Shown here: one piece after another, positions 13,301-27,200 of the stretch | How positions within the stretch are numbered: position 1 is the stretch's first letter | Layout: every line of letters starts with the position of its first letter | Assembly (NCBI GenBank): GCA_043228905.1 | Contig: JBHGNT010000008.1 | Location: forward strand, 18,166,001 to 18,230,000 | Reading direction: 5' to 3' | Origin: Azolla caroliniana | Taxonomy: Eukaryota; Plantae; Polypodiophyta | Length of the DNA stretch: 64,000 nucleotides | Made by a program: the position numbers and the translations under genes | Notes under the pieces: generated by a model | Databases searched by the model: none | What the model saw: only the letters and a program-made list of their open reading frames with translations | What the model was told of the DNA's origin: nothing

Positions 13301-15605
13301 CCCGATTACGACAAGGATGTGTGGACCACAAGAGCCCCCGAGTGATCACAACACATCTCGGCCGAGTCTAGCCAAACAAAGGGATGAGTCGACTCACTCT
13401 CTTGATAGTGAGTTCGAAGGCTTGGACATTCCAATCATCCGGACGAATGGAGCGAAGAAAGCCTTCGTCTCTATAAACGAGAAGCTCCCCCGCTCCACCT
13501 GAGAGAAAAACCCGGTCAGCTGATTCAGCTACGATGAGTATATGGCATACCATTATGCCTTTATGATGAAGGTGGCGACAATCTGAGAACCAGAAACCTT
13601 TTCCAAGGCAACCAAGGATCCACGATGGATCGAAGCCATGAACAAAGAAATGTAGGTTCTACGCAAAAACGAGACATGGGAACTCGTCCCCACAAAAGAA
13701 AGCAATCGGATGCAAGTGGATATATAAGGTAAAATACAATGTCGACGGTTTGGTGAATCGCTACAAATCATGACTCGTAGCCAAGGGATATGCTCAAACA
13801 CACATAGTCGATTATGAGGAGACCTTTGCCCCAGTTATAGCTCTCGCAACTGCAAAAGGGTGGCATCTCCACCAAATGGATGTCAAGAACGCCTTCCTAC
13901 AAGGCAAATTTCAGGAAGAAGTCTTCATGACTCAACCACCCGGTTTCGAATCGAGAAAACAGTCGACATCAGTCTGCCGATTCAAGAAGCCACTATATGG
14001 ACTCAAGCAAGCACCCGTGCTTGGCATTCAAAGATCACCCAATATCTTCACCAAATCGGATTTCAAATGTCGAAATCGGACAACTACCTATACATTAAAA
14101 CTGAGTCGAACAACCCAATTGTCATCATCCTATACGTGGATGATCTGTTCATCGGAGGAAAGAATCAAGCGGATGCTAATAAGGTTAAATCACTCCTATA
14201 CAATAGATTCAAAATGAAAGACATGAACGAGCTCCATTACTTCCTTGGTATCAAAGTAATTCGGAGACCAGTCGGGATAATGATCTCTCAACGACACTAC
14301 ATTCTCAACTTACTCTACAAGTTCAGAATGACTAACTGCAAACCTGTGTCCACCCCTCTCGATCGAAATCTCAAGCTCGATGCCAATTCGAGAACAGAAG
14401 ATTGTGAACCGACTTAGTATCGTCAACTACTCGATAGCTTAATCTATCTAACAATCACACGACCCGACCTCAGCTAGTCGATCGGTCTACTTAGCCAATT
14501 CATGCAGAACCCTCGAAATGTTCATCTCAATTACGCTAATAGAGTACTTAGGTACGTCTGTGGGACGATGGATTTCGGCATCCTGTATAAGTATGACACG
14601 ATCGTTTGGTTCGAAGGGTACACAGACGCGGATTGGGCTGGCTATAAGGCCAATAGATGATCGACTTCCGGATTCATCTTCTCCCTCGGCAGTGGAGCGA
14701 TCTCCTGGAGCAATAAGAAGCAGTAGATTGTTGCACTATCGAGCACAAAGGCCGAATACAGGGGCGTGGCAGTTGCCACATGCGAAGCTGTCTGGCTCAA
14801 GCACATATTGAAGGATCTAGGCGTTCCCATTAAGGACCCGACTCGCCTATACTGCAACAACATGAGTAGTATCTACTTGGCTCGGAACTCCGTATTCCAC
14901 GTGTAGACCAAGCATATCAAAGTGCACTACCACTTCATTCGGGAGTGCATTCAAGTTGGAGATGTCGACTTACAAACACATTAATACAAATCTTCAGGTG
15001 GCCGACATATTCACAAAAGCCCTAGGTATCGACAAGTTGTGACAGTTCCTAACGAACCTTGGTCTCTCGATCACCAACCAACTGCGCTTGAGGGGGAGCA
15101 CCGAAAAACACAGAAATCAGGCCAATGCCAAACAACAGCCGATCAAAGTCGAAGTATGGAAAAAAAAAACAGTAATTAGGTCGATGTCGAACAACAACCA
15201 ATCAGTCCATCAAAGCCGATTAGAGGAGTCGAAGTATGATCATAATCGACCCGAACAAGGAGCACCCGAACAAGAATCGAACCGAACCAGCTCTTCGACA
15301 TCTGGAAGTTGTGTTCGACAGGGCGTGTTGAGAACCAAACTCAACTTCCCTTAGAGATAGTGTTCACACTAGCCATTGGACATCTTACTAGGCTAGTTTT
15401 GTAATTAATAGAAAGGGCACTTGCCATAGACCAGTTGGTAGTTAAACCAACTCCTTGTAAGTTAGTTACTGTTGGATTTAATTTACATTTTCACTAATAT
15501 AGCTTCTTGTCTTAAGCTCCCTCCCCCCCTCTCTCTCTGTTTTGTCTCACAAACATAAAGCACACTTCCGTTACACAGTATTACCTACGTCTCTCATTCT
15601 TTACA
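10331..15605 (+). mobile_element. Ty1/Copia LTR retrotransposon B nested in Copia A, decayed
   Basis: LTRs 10331-10610 and 15326-15605 (TGTTG...TTACA); perfect TSD CCCAC at 10326-10330 and 15606-15610; PBS tggtatcagagc at 10611-10622. Motifs: zinc knuckle, WFVDSGAS, LWHKRIGH, VHSDVWGP, MDVKNAFLQG, LYGLKQA, LYVDDL, RNase H region. Confidence 0.96.
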
Positions 15606-18556
15606 CCCACTTATTCCGAAGTGCCTTTTTTCCTCTTGGTAGTTTAGTCAGTTCATACGCGTGGTTCTCATGCAAGGAATCCATCTCATCTTGCATGACA
15701 CTTAACTAGTTTCAGCTGTAGGTATCGTTCTTAGCTTCCTCAAAGCTTTCCGGCTCCCCCTCATCGGTTAACAACACATACTCTTCATCCGAAAATCTTC
15801 AGGGGGGCCTCCTCTCTCTAAGGGGGTATCCTCGGGCTCCATTTGATACAGTCGGTTCTTCTTCGGCCGAGTCAAACTCGGTTCCTAGTTCGGCCGGTTC
15901 CCCTTGTTCTTCAGTCGGTTCTCAATTTTGCCAAGTACGGACTGGCTCGGATTCGATTTCGATCGAATCGTTTTCTACTCGATTCCACCAAGCATCAACT
16001 CGGCTTGATTCAGTAGTTTCTTCCACCTAAGCCGCCCGCGCAAGAAAGAAGAGCTCGAAGCCAATCCCATAGCGGGAATAGTGAAGCAGGTCTTTCCGTC
16101 CAAAAAGAATAGACTTGTTCTCAATCTCCCAATCGACAATCCTCTTCTCTTCCATGAAGACAATCTCTCAACTCCTAATCACCTTTTTCTCGGCTAAGTC
16201 CTATAACCGATAGCCGAATTCGTCATTGCCGTAACTGAGAAATATACATGGCCGAGATTTCGGGTCCAATTTCCCCCTGTGGTCCTTTGCCACATGCACA
16301 TAGACAAGACGGCCAAACACCCTCAGATGTCGGTATGAGACGTCTTTGCGGCTCCACACCCTTTGTGGAATATCACCATCCAAAGGTACTGTCATTAGCG
16401 CCTCAACCCAGAAGGTCTTTGGTAACTTTGCATGTGCAAGCATACTTTGGACCTTCTTCATTACAATCTGGTTCATTCTCTCAGCCAGCCCGTTAAGCTC
16501 TGGCATCTTCGGCACGGTATACTCGAGCCAGATTCCCTGCGCTCGGCAATATTCTTTGAACGGTCCGCAGTACTCTCTGCCATTGTCCGCTCGGACTGCC
16601 TTCAATTTTCTACCAGTTTCCCTTTCAGCCCTCGCTTGGAACTCTTTGAAGACGGATTACACATGACCCTTTGTCTTCAGCATGTATGCCCACAAATTTC
16701 GGCTACAGTCATCTATCAAGGTCACGAAATACTGTGAACCAGCATGCGACTTTGTATCCACGTAGCATACATCCGTACGCACGAGTTGCAGCGGCATTTT
16801 ATTCCTCATCGGGGGCCTCGATCAGAAGGAGGTTCGGTTTTGTTTGTCGGCCAAGCAATCTTTGCACTTCTCAAGTTGCACGTTCTTCACCTTCGGAATG
16901 AGGTTATCCTCGGCAAGCTCTTCATCCCCTTCTGGCTCATGTGCCATAACCGCTTGTGCCATAGCTCACTGGTTGTGTCGGTTGCCACATTTGCTTCCCC
17001 TCAGCATAATCTAGCATGCATCATATAGAGTATGCGTGTTTTCCTAGCTCAAGACACGATTAGGCTCCCTTTGCAAAACTTCATGACGTCATTCCGGATG
17101 CTACCCGTGTTGTCTTCATCATCCAGCCGACGGGTTGATATCCAGTTCAGTCGAACTTTCGGAATGTGCTGAACATCTCTCAACACAAGTCTGCACCCGG
17201 TTGACGTTACCAAACACACATCTCCAATGCCCACGATTCAGCATGCTCATTCATTTCCCATCTTTACAAATCCGAGATCTCCAGCTCTGTAAGATGAGAA
17301 GCATTTCCGGTCGGGGGTTAGGTGGAACGATGCACCCGAATCGATAACCCATCTTGATTCATCGCCTACAAGGTTCACTTCGTTCTGTTCACTGATCAAT
17401 AGCAATTGCTCCTCACTTGTCGCGATTCTCAAGGTGTTCTTGCTGTTCGAATTTTTTTCGGCTGCACACCGTCAGCCCCCCCATTTTCCTTTCGAAAATG
17501 TCAACAATTCCTTTGGAAGTGCCCCGGATTCCCACAATAGAAGCACGTGGGCCTTCCCCTCGACTTCGACCTCGTCCCCGACTTATCTCGTTTCAGGGGA
17601 CTTCAATTTCGGCCTCTTCCTCAATTCATGTCACTTTCTGTGACAAGGGCCTTCGGGTCGGAATTGGACTCTCAGTCCTTCCAATGAGCTTCCTCGTTTA
17701 GTAAGCTCGACTTCACGAGGTCTAGGGATAAATGCTTCCCTTCCGATTCCACATTGCCAGTGTGTGACAACGAGCGTCTCCCATCTGTCCGGAAGGGATC
17801 CCAACAACAATTAGGCTAATACCTCGTTAGCAAGAGGTACTTCTATAGAGGTGATTTGATTCATTAGTCCTTGGCTCCACCATGCTAGAGCCGTCTTGAT
17901 ACCGGAGTCTCACGATCTTTCTGAAGACTGAGACTCTGGTCATGACGTTCTTGTTTTCAAACATCACACCAATCTTCATCCATAGGACATCCACTTTTGT
18001 TTCTTCACCAAAGTTGTTGCATAGACTCATGTCTATAAAACGCCTTACGTATGTTGCCACCTTTAGATGCAACACTTACCAAGTTGATGCATCGATATTG
18101 TTTGGACTTTTATCTCCAAACTGCATCGACAGCCAGAGGTCTTTACATACGAGCATGTCCCTCATCTTCGACTTCCACACTGAGTAGTTGAAGCCGGTTA
18201 ACTTGAACATGCCGCCGAACGAGTCTTCCATCGCTTTGATACCAATTATAAGGATCGGAACCGGCCACAACTGGTTGCATGTATGCTTATTCGTGTGCAA
18301 ACAAAACGAGCTGGATAATACGCAGATAGAAAACGAGGGGCAGAAAACGATAAACAAAGACACAAGATATTTTCATGTGGAAAACCCGAACTAGGAAAAA
18401 CCACGGGGGTCCACAAACCCCGAGAAATAGAATCACTATGATAGAGGAGAAGTACAATAAGAAACTCGGATGCAATGACCTTGAGTTCTTCTTCGTCGGA
18501 CTGACGGTTGTAGAGTTACGAACTCTTACACTCACACACACACACACACACACACA

Positions 18557-18594
<38 letters not shown>

Positions 18595-19144
18595 CAGTTA
18601 CAGAGGCAACTACCTCCTCTAACTATGCAACAACTAATGATGATCAACTACACATCAAATAAAGTTTTCCCTAGTTGTTTATATACTAGAACAATTTTCT
18701 GGCTATTTACAAGTATAGCCCACAAGGGGTACATTTGGACTATTAAATATACTCTTCCGAATTGGTCATAAATCGATTCTCAATTTCGGTTTTCGATTTT
18801 GAAAATCGATTTTCGGCCTCGGCCGAGCTCATTCATCGATTCAACTCTTCTCTTCCCATCCAAATGGACCTATTTCCTTACATAGAGAAATTAATAAGTT
18901 TGCTTACAATAATTCAATCCGTTCTTCCACAGGATACACTCCATTCTTTGCAAACCCAGGATGTCATCCTCGTTGGATGACACTCAAATATCCAAAAGTC
19001 TCAAACAATCATACCATTGAGGATCATCTAGACACATGAAACAAATTCAAGCCGAGCTTTTTTATCATTTGATTCATGCTCAAACCAAGTACAAAAAGGT
19101 TGTAGATATACATCTCTTACATTCTACACCCGCACCAAAGAAAC

Positions 19145-19720
19145 CTAAGTTTCAAGTTGATGATCGTGTATGACTATTATGACATACATTATATGAAAAG
19201 ATAACCACATCATCCCCATATAAAAGCAATAAGATAATTTGTTGCATATGCGTTGGGCATTTAATCCTTCTTCTCTTGTAACCCTATTCACCACTTCTTC
19301 CAATTTATCAATGCATAAACCAAAGAGTGTTGGTGGTAATGGACATCCTTGCTTAACCCACATGCTACATTAAAAGTATTTTGAGAAACTATTCTCGGTT
19401 TTTTAATTGGCATCTAACTTGCTCATATAATCTTGTAATAACAACTCGATACTCTAATGGCATGCCAATTTCCACCATTCTATTCCAAAACTCACTTCAT
19501 GGTACTATATAGAATGTTTTTTTTAAATTAACAAAGCAACAATAGAGTGTCTTTCCTTGTGGTCGACTTTCTTCCATAATTACTCTTAGTTTAACAAGAT
19601 GACCTACTGTGATTGTACAATAATTTGATACTTGATTTTTATCACTTGATTTAAATTTTGGCTTAGTCCAATTCATGAGCCAATCATTTGGCAAACCTTG
19701 TTTAATAGTGTGGCCTATGA
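19145..19720 (-). pseudogene. LINE reverse transcriptase fragment
   Basis: Degenerate motifs CCFVNLKKTFYIVP ([11 protein letters not shown]) and VKQGCPLPPTLFGLCID. Confidence 0.75.
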
Positions 19721-21504
19721 TAGTGATGATATGAGAGAAGATGGCGATGATGATGATTTGTTTGCGTATAAAAATCATGTGAGTATACTGTGTATAAGTG
19801 ATGATTATCAAGAAGATGTTAAAATTATTTGGGATTGATTATATGGGTGATAGTGAATGACAATATTAGGGTTGATGATATTGAATATGATGATGATGTA
19901 AACATATTAATTGTTCATGTGATAATAAATGATAGTGAAGATAATGATGAGATTAAAGATATTGTTAATGAAGTAATTTAAAAAAACTAAGGATAATAGT
20001 GCAGGTTTGTATGTAGATGACATGATTTTTGTCGATGTCGATGTCAAAGACGATGTGGTTAAAGAGGTCACACACAATGTGAGCCAACTCCTCAATCACC
20101 ACCTATGGATATGGGCTTAGTGCTTCTCTATGCAGGTGTTACATGCATTGTGTAACACCGCATGTGCCGCAAGAGCGCCGAGATCTCTTATAAGAACATC
20201 TTGGTTCGCCACTTGGTCCAAAATTTCCTTTTGTAGACTCTCAATAGCAAACTTCTTTTGTGTTTTCTCTTGATCCCTACATTCTTAAATGAGGATGGAG
20301 TAATCGTTGGCATAATAGTGTAACATTAATAACATATCACATTTTCATTAACATAGTTTCAATGGATCTCCATTCGTGGGAGATATGATTCCATGAGGTC
20401 ATTTAAACTATTTTTGAACATTACCCCACCTCGTAAAAAAATCATCTCAAGGTTCTTGACATTTTCACAATCAAATCCAAGAGAGCCAACACATCTTCAT
20501 GTAGAATTTGATGGGGTGTCATTTCAAGGTTTACCTTGACCCATGTCAAGAATTCACACGAAAGTTTTGACGTTATGCCAAAAGTTGGGCAGCGACGACT
20601 TTCGGGACACCTCAATCTACGCATAGAAAACAAGAAAAATCATGAAGTTATTGTAACTATTCTCTATCATATAATATTTAAAGTAGGGAAGTACGAACCT
20701 TAACTACCCTTGTCCTCTCAAGTTGGTTCGATGGTATCATTACCTCTAGACCTTTTCCATTAAACACCTAAATAAATTTAATATTCACTGTTAAGAACCC
20801 ATGTTAGCAAAGATAATGATAAACGATGCACCTATGAATAATTTGCAAATTGTAGCCAATGTTTTTTTTTTTTCCAAAAAACATCTACTTCCATTAGTTA
20901 AGAATGTACAAAGGAATCATTTACAACTCATATCTTACAAGACATCTTGCATGTCAAAGGAAAACAATGTGTAGATGAAACAACATAAAAAAACAACTCC
21001 AAAACACCACATCATTCTATGTGTATAGCATTACTCGAACACATATTCTCCACGTGAGCCTCATACAAAACAGAATTCAGCATAGATGTCCTCCATTCGC
21101 TCCTCATGGCAGCACCCATCTAGATGTTAGGAACACTTGGAGGGAACAGCCACCGTGGTGGTTGATAATTCCACTTCACTTTACCATCCATTATCTGCAG
21201 CATCGACGAACCGCTCCATTTCCGAAGGAATCGAGCTCTAGCTTCTTCACTTGCATCAGATGGCCCTTGAAGACTTTCAAACTCACCTCGCAACGGATTG
21301 TAGCCAATGTTTTTGAACAAAATTGCATCTTTGAAAATGTCAAGATCTTTCAATGTACCTACTATGCCTGCAAGTGTACTTGGTGATGGTGATGGTGATG
21401 GTGTTGGTGTTGGTGTTGGTTCTAGTGTAAATACGTGTTTGTGTTGGTGATGCATCTGTTTATGTTGTGGATGTCGGTGCTCAAAAACAAAGTACGCTTA
21501 TCTA

Positions 21505-22560
21505 GGTGTATGAATGTAATGTTGGATATTGTATGTATGTGTATGAATGTATGTTTTAATGTGTATGAATGAATAAATGTGTAGGTCGTGTATGAATGTT
21601 TCTATATGTATGTATGTATGTAATAATGTATGCATATGAATTAGTGAACGTGTGTGTATTGTATCAATGTTTATGCATATATGAATGAATGATTGTATGA
21701 TTTAATGTAGGGAAAAGTACTAGGATATCCCTGGAAGTTCCAAATTTACCAAACTACCCCTATGTCCAAAAAACTACACTTTATAAAGTAATTATACACT
21801 CAAATCTACAAGCCCTATTTACCAAAGATTTGAGTGTATAATTACTTTATAAAGTGTAATTTTTTGGACATAGGGGTAGTTTGGTAAATTTGGAACTTCC
21901 AGGGGCATTCTGGTAAATATATGAACTTCCAGGGGTATCCTGGTACTTTTCCCTTTAATGTATATATGTATTTTTGCATGTATTAATGTATATGTATGAA
22001 ATAGTAAACGTGTGTGTATTGTATCAATGTTTATGCATATATGAATGAATGATTGTATGATTTTATGTATGTGTGTGTATGAATGAATGAATGTATGTCT
22101 AATTGTATGTATGTGTGTATGTATATGTGTAAGGCTAAATGACTAATTTGTGAATGTATGGATATGTCTGAATGAATACATGTATGTGTACGTATGAAAA
22201 CTTATGAATGTAGATCTATATTAGAATGAATGTATAAGGTATGTATGTGTATGTGTGTTTATGCATGTATATATGAATCAATGTTATATATATGTGTATG
22301 AATGAATAATCTTATGAACGTATGCATGTGTATGAATAAATTATTGTATAAAAGTATGTATATATGAATGTGTATGTGTGTATAAACCAATGCATTGTGC
22401 ATAAGTCTGCATATAAACAAATGAATGTGTGCATAGTGTATGGATGTGTTTGCATATATGAATGAATAGATGTTCCTGTAGTGTGCTAATGTGTATGTAT
22501 TATAAATGAATGAACAAATGTAGGTATACTTGCCAATATGTAAGAAAATGTGTTGTGTAA
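21505..22560. repeat. Low-complexity TGTA/ATGA-rich degenerate microsatellite tract with an internal duplication of about 55 bp
   Basis: Mixed tgta/atgaatga repeats; segment acgtgtgtgtattgtatcaatgtttatgcatatatgaatgaatgattgtatgattt occurs at about 21648 and about 22008. Confidence 0.8.
21710..21953. mobile_element. Mutator-like foldback MITE
   Basis: Long TIRs (GGGAAAAGTAC...GTACTTTTCCC) form a near-complete hairpin; perfect 9-bp TSD tttaatgta at 21701-21709 and 21954-21962. Confidence 0.9.
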
Positions 22561-24269
22561 ACACAAAACCCTACTTATTTGCATGTAGATCAATTAGATG
22601 TTATGATCGCACCCAATGGGTTGGCCAATGGCAAAGAACAAAGAATAAGAAATTAAGGGGGATTGTGAGCCCACCTTTTCTTAAATTAGAAAGGCAACTC
22701 TAAAAGTCAAGTCTTTACCCCTAATGTTTAGGAAAACATTTCACTATTGAAACGTGGCATCTTTTCTATAAGCAATGCTAAGCATCACAATTGATGACAT
22801 ATGCTTCCTATGATGTTTAGAAAAGTCTTTTCTTCAAACATGGCTCATCGATAAGTGTTTTATTTGTAATTGTGAATAATAATAAAAGGGTTATAAATCC
22901 CTGTTTTGTTATCAGTTTTTAAAAAGTAATTGTGAAACGTGCCACTAAACATTGGGTTTGTTATGCGACACATTGTTAGCAACATCTACTTTTAGCGATG
23001 TTTAATGTTGCCTTTTGTCAAAATTTGCATGTTGATAAATGCCTTGATTGTAGTATTTCCTTACCGTTTTAATTTGAACAAGATAACATAAGCATTTCAT
23101 ACCTTTTAATTTATAGTTTACTCTCCACCTAAAGATAACAACACAATATGATTGTATCCTTTGTAAAGATAAATATGAAATGTCTTGTCATAGTTGGGGA
23201 ACATCACAATAAAAGGATTGTAACATACCTAGAAAGACATTATATCATTTCCCATTGTTACAACAAACATAGTATATGTTCTGTACGCTCGATTTCTCAA
23301 AACTAATGCATTCACATTTTGTTAATGCAAGTTTACAGTTTATGATTCATGTTTTAGTTGTTTTCTCTCGATATTTTGCTATTGGTCGATATAAGATACT
23401 CCATAAATCCTTAACCTATACAGCCTCTTACACCCTATAATGCTTTTCATTTGGTAGAAGTGTTTTTAAGGCAATGTCAAAAAAAGTTGCATTGATTTAC
23501 TAGTGAATATGCCCAACTTTACATTCAAGATTAAGATGATGGCCAAATACCAGAACAATCCAATATTTAATTGAGTTCTAATTCACAATGGTGCAAACCT
23601 AATTCATAGCTTGCACTACACCTAAAGACATTCTGTTGCAACCTCGATTCAGTTTAGATGTCAAGTTTGATTAAACCTGAGGGTTCAAATGGTTAATCAA
23701 ACATTCTGATATTCCTTGAGAATTTCCCCAAATTCTAGGATCTTTTTAATTCCATGTTTGACCCATGCCATAAAAGAAAGTTTTGTATTTGCTTAAAGGT
23801 AGTTTTGACATTGTTATGCTCTTCCCTAACATTTCCCAAATTTCTATTGGTTATGTCAATACAACATTAGAAGCATGTTTTGTCTTTATCTTTAGTTACC
23901 AACGAAAGGCTCGGTTAAAAGCCTACATGTAAAACTTCATTCAGAGTGTTGAAGCTTAATAAAGTAGATTTACCCAAAAAGTTTTACACGATTTTAAACG
24001 AAGGAAAAATCCAATAGAGCTATTATTTATGTTTCATTTAAAAGCATGTGTTATTCCTTCATGGCAATGTTATTATACAGAGGGCATTAATTAATTGACA
24101 GCATCCCATGAAAGCCCTCTGGAAGGTGGAGAAATGGGATACAAGAACACGCCAAACCAACCATTGTTGACCACAAAAGAGCCAATAGCATTGAGGGAAT
24201 ATGTTTTTTCTCTTTATGCTATATACCAATAGTGTGGCTATATGACTAAAATATGCACATAAGAATAAC

Positions 24270-27200
24270 TTACAGATCACCTCCTCTATAGGCATTCTGT
24301 GGGAGTTGCATGCTTACTAAATCATCACGTGGAAGAAGACCAAAGGGTCCATGGAGCTCCACCTCATGATTAGTGACCATAGACCTATTATCTATTGACA
24401 TTGACTCCTCCGATTCCAAAAGGTATGTCACTTGCTTCTCTGTCCTGAATGCAAGATAACATATCCCTGCCAGGTATGCAACCATGGCACCAAATCCACC
24501 CATTCCAATCACTACCTGTGCTCCTTTTGTTAGTCCATTGTCGGAGACAAGCCACTTATAGAATGAGGTGGATAAGAAATAGACATTAATGACCATGATT
24601 GCACATCCTATGAGCCATGTGGAGATGGTAACCTAGACATATAAATAAGTTCATAAGATTTTAAGGTCTGAGAGTAGGATACTTATCTATCTTTGTTGGA
24701 TCATATATGCCAGTACTCACCATGATATGATTCTTGTAAGGGCCCATCTTGGTTTTACTGCTTGTGAACTTAAGCAAGGGAAGGAGAGCAAATGGTAGCT
24801 CAAATGATAAGATCATCTGTAATTTGAAGGGTACATTAAACTTATTTAAGCTTTTATGGACTCAAAACTAATGCTAAATGGAAATGGACAAAAAAAACAA
24901 GATTTGGGTGTGAATATGACCGAAGAAATGATAATCAAATTTCCAGCTCCAGATGAACCTCCAATCAATGCTGCAATCAGACTTGGGCCAATGGCTACAG
25001 TGCGCGTCAACAAATTCCGAACCCATGGCACAAACCGCAAATTCAAAAAACCCTGATAGCATTGAAAAGTGAAAAGTTCAATATTTATGATATCATGAAT
25101 TTCGACCTACCAATCATAGTTCATATTAAGTTTTAACTTCAATATCATTATCCACCGTTGGGCACCATCTAGGAATCCATATTCCATAATCAATAAGTAT
25201 TGGGGTATCATCTCATGCAAGTATGTTGAAACTATCTCTCACAGACCATTGTATTTTCAAGCTATCTATAAAAGCTCCAATAGTCTGTCTTTATGTTTCC
25301 TTATATTTCTGTAAGGATATTCATTACATTGTTTCTGGTGTACATTCATTGCTGTGATGTGATAGGTTTTCTATGATTGGCAGCACTGCTCCTTATTGCA
25401 CTTGACAGTCACTGTTCTCATTTATCAACAACAATGTTTTCTCAACAGTAGATACTTCCACTGTTTTGGCTTTAGAAGAAAGATTCAAGGTGCTAATGTG
25501 AATCTTGATATTTACAGGTATGCTGCTTTACCGGAGTTTGAAAATTCACCTACAGCAGCACATGATTTTTCTTTTTCCCAAGGAGGATTTGAATGACTCT
25601 ATGTTGCCATGGTGTCATGGCTGTATATTATCTGTACATTACCATGTCACCTAATTCTAAGGGATGTACAAAGTATAGTATATAAAATAGCCATTGTTTA
25701 CAGATATCAGAAATGGGGGTTTCTGAAAGATCCTGCAAACCTTTATCGTTTGCGAGATTAAGGTTTTCCAACAGCAGGAAAAAACAGTTGGGACATTTGC
25801 AAGTTTCTGCTTTCCGGAACTAGCTTTGTGCTGGCTGAAGCATTCCATTTTATTTTACCTCAGCTAGTGAGTAGGTCTGAAATCGGAGGATATTAGACAA
25901 ATCCATAGTATTACTCATCAGTTATTAAAGGTTTGGCATATTTCCACAACTCAAGGACATCATCTTGCTCATCATTGCAGTTCCTCAGATACAAGCCTTA
26001 GCTTTCTTAGACTTAGCAATGACAAATTGACTCACTGGGATACAGGCTGAATGATGCACTCATCATAGAACAAGATCCAATGCATTTCATCAGAGTCAAG
26101 ATTCTTGCCTATGAAAGATATTTCGATCTGTCACTGTTCACATGGAGCTCAAATGTAGTTGTCATAGTTTAGAATGCTTTCTTCTGATAGAAAAAACCTC
26201 CAAAATGTGGTTATGTATTATGATATGGGCTTGGGAATACATTGACATTGCTCTGTATACAGATAAGCTCTACTGGAGGTTATATCATGAAAACCATGGC
26301 AAGGATGTGTCGATTCCCAAATAAAACAGGAAACTAGGATATAACCAGGAGTACCTTAATTGTAGTGAATACTGTTGCGAAATGAATCTTGTTTATCTAA
26401 TGAAATTTCAAAACAAATGCTAACCTGGTGATATTTATTTTCTATGCAAAAAGATGTAAAGTTAGCCATATACCTGCATGACATATTGGCCTGCATATGT
26501 CCCCGTGATTGTTGAGCTTTGACCAGATGCTAGAAGTGCAATACCAAAAAGTTTGGAGCTCCAATTTCCTAAGACATTCTGCAGCCAACAAAAGGATTAA
26601 AGTCAAATAAAATGATTTCATTGAACATTCTTACACTGTTTTAACCAAAACTTCACAATTCCTGTTTAATCTCAAGGCCATTTTCATCCTATCCATAACA
26701 ATAGAAAGTTAACAGCTCTATTATTTTTTTTTTCAATGACAAACTGCTTTCTTCTTGCAAACTTTCATGCCCTCTTTGCTTTCTTCTTGCCTTTGATGTG
26801 GCTCTTTTAACTTCGCCATCTTCCTGTCTTTCATTTTTATTACCCCTTTGAGCTGCCCCCCTTCCTTGGTGACCGAGAGGAGGCCTTCATCAAGTGAGTA
26901 TGATAATGGTTAGTAGGAGGCTCTTTTTGCACCACTGTACTGGCCCTATCATAATATTCCTTAAAGATGTGATACAACATCAGGTTCAATAACTTTGAAC
27001 CAACAATTATTACATTCTTTCCTAAATTCCTGATGCTGTTCTTATATCAATGACTCTAATTCACTCTCCCCATACACCTCAAGCGTGACAGCGACCTTAC
27101 TCAAATCCATTGATTTTTCTTTTATTGAGGGAAAACTTTCATTCTTATTTTCCTGCTAAGTACCTGAGAACACAAATGGTTGGCTGCTCTAAGAAAACTA

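Larger units (their letters stand above)
7906..18882 (-). mobile_element. Ty1/Copia LTR retrotransposon A (Tnt1/Tork-like), decayed, interrupted by nested insertions
   Basis: Paired LTRs at 18247-18882 (5') and about 7906-8482 (3'). PBS tggtatcaaagc (tRNA-iMet) on minus at 18233-18244; purine tract next to 8483. Domains: Gag (NYSVWKSKMRDML), PR (WVIDSGAS), INT (RADNGREY, NGLAERMN), RT (RLKKSLYGLKQAP). No TSD recognised. Confidence 0.92.

Noticed and set aside
15088-15325. Extra ORF or env-like region between Copia B pol and the 3' LTR
   Set aside because: It is a short repetitive spacer after a purine tract, with no coding features; treated as 3' UTR.
22259-22564. His/Ile/Tyr-rich 101-aa ORF
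   Set aside because: Translation of low-complexity TGTA repeats.
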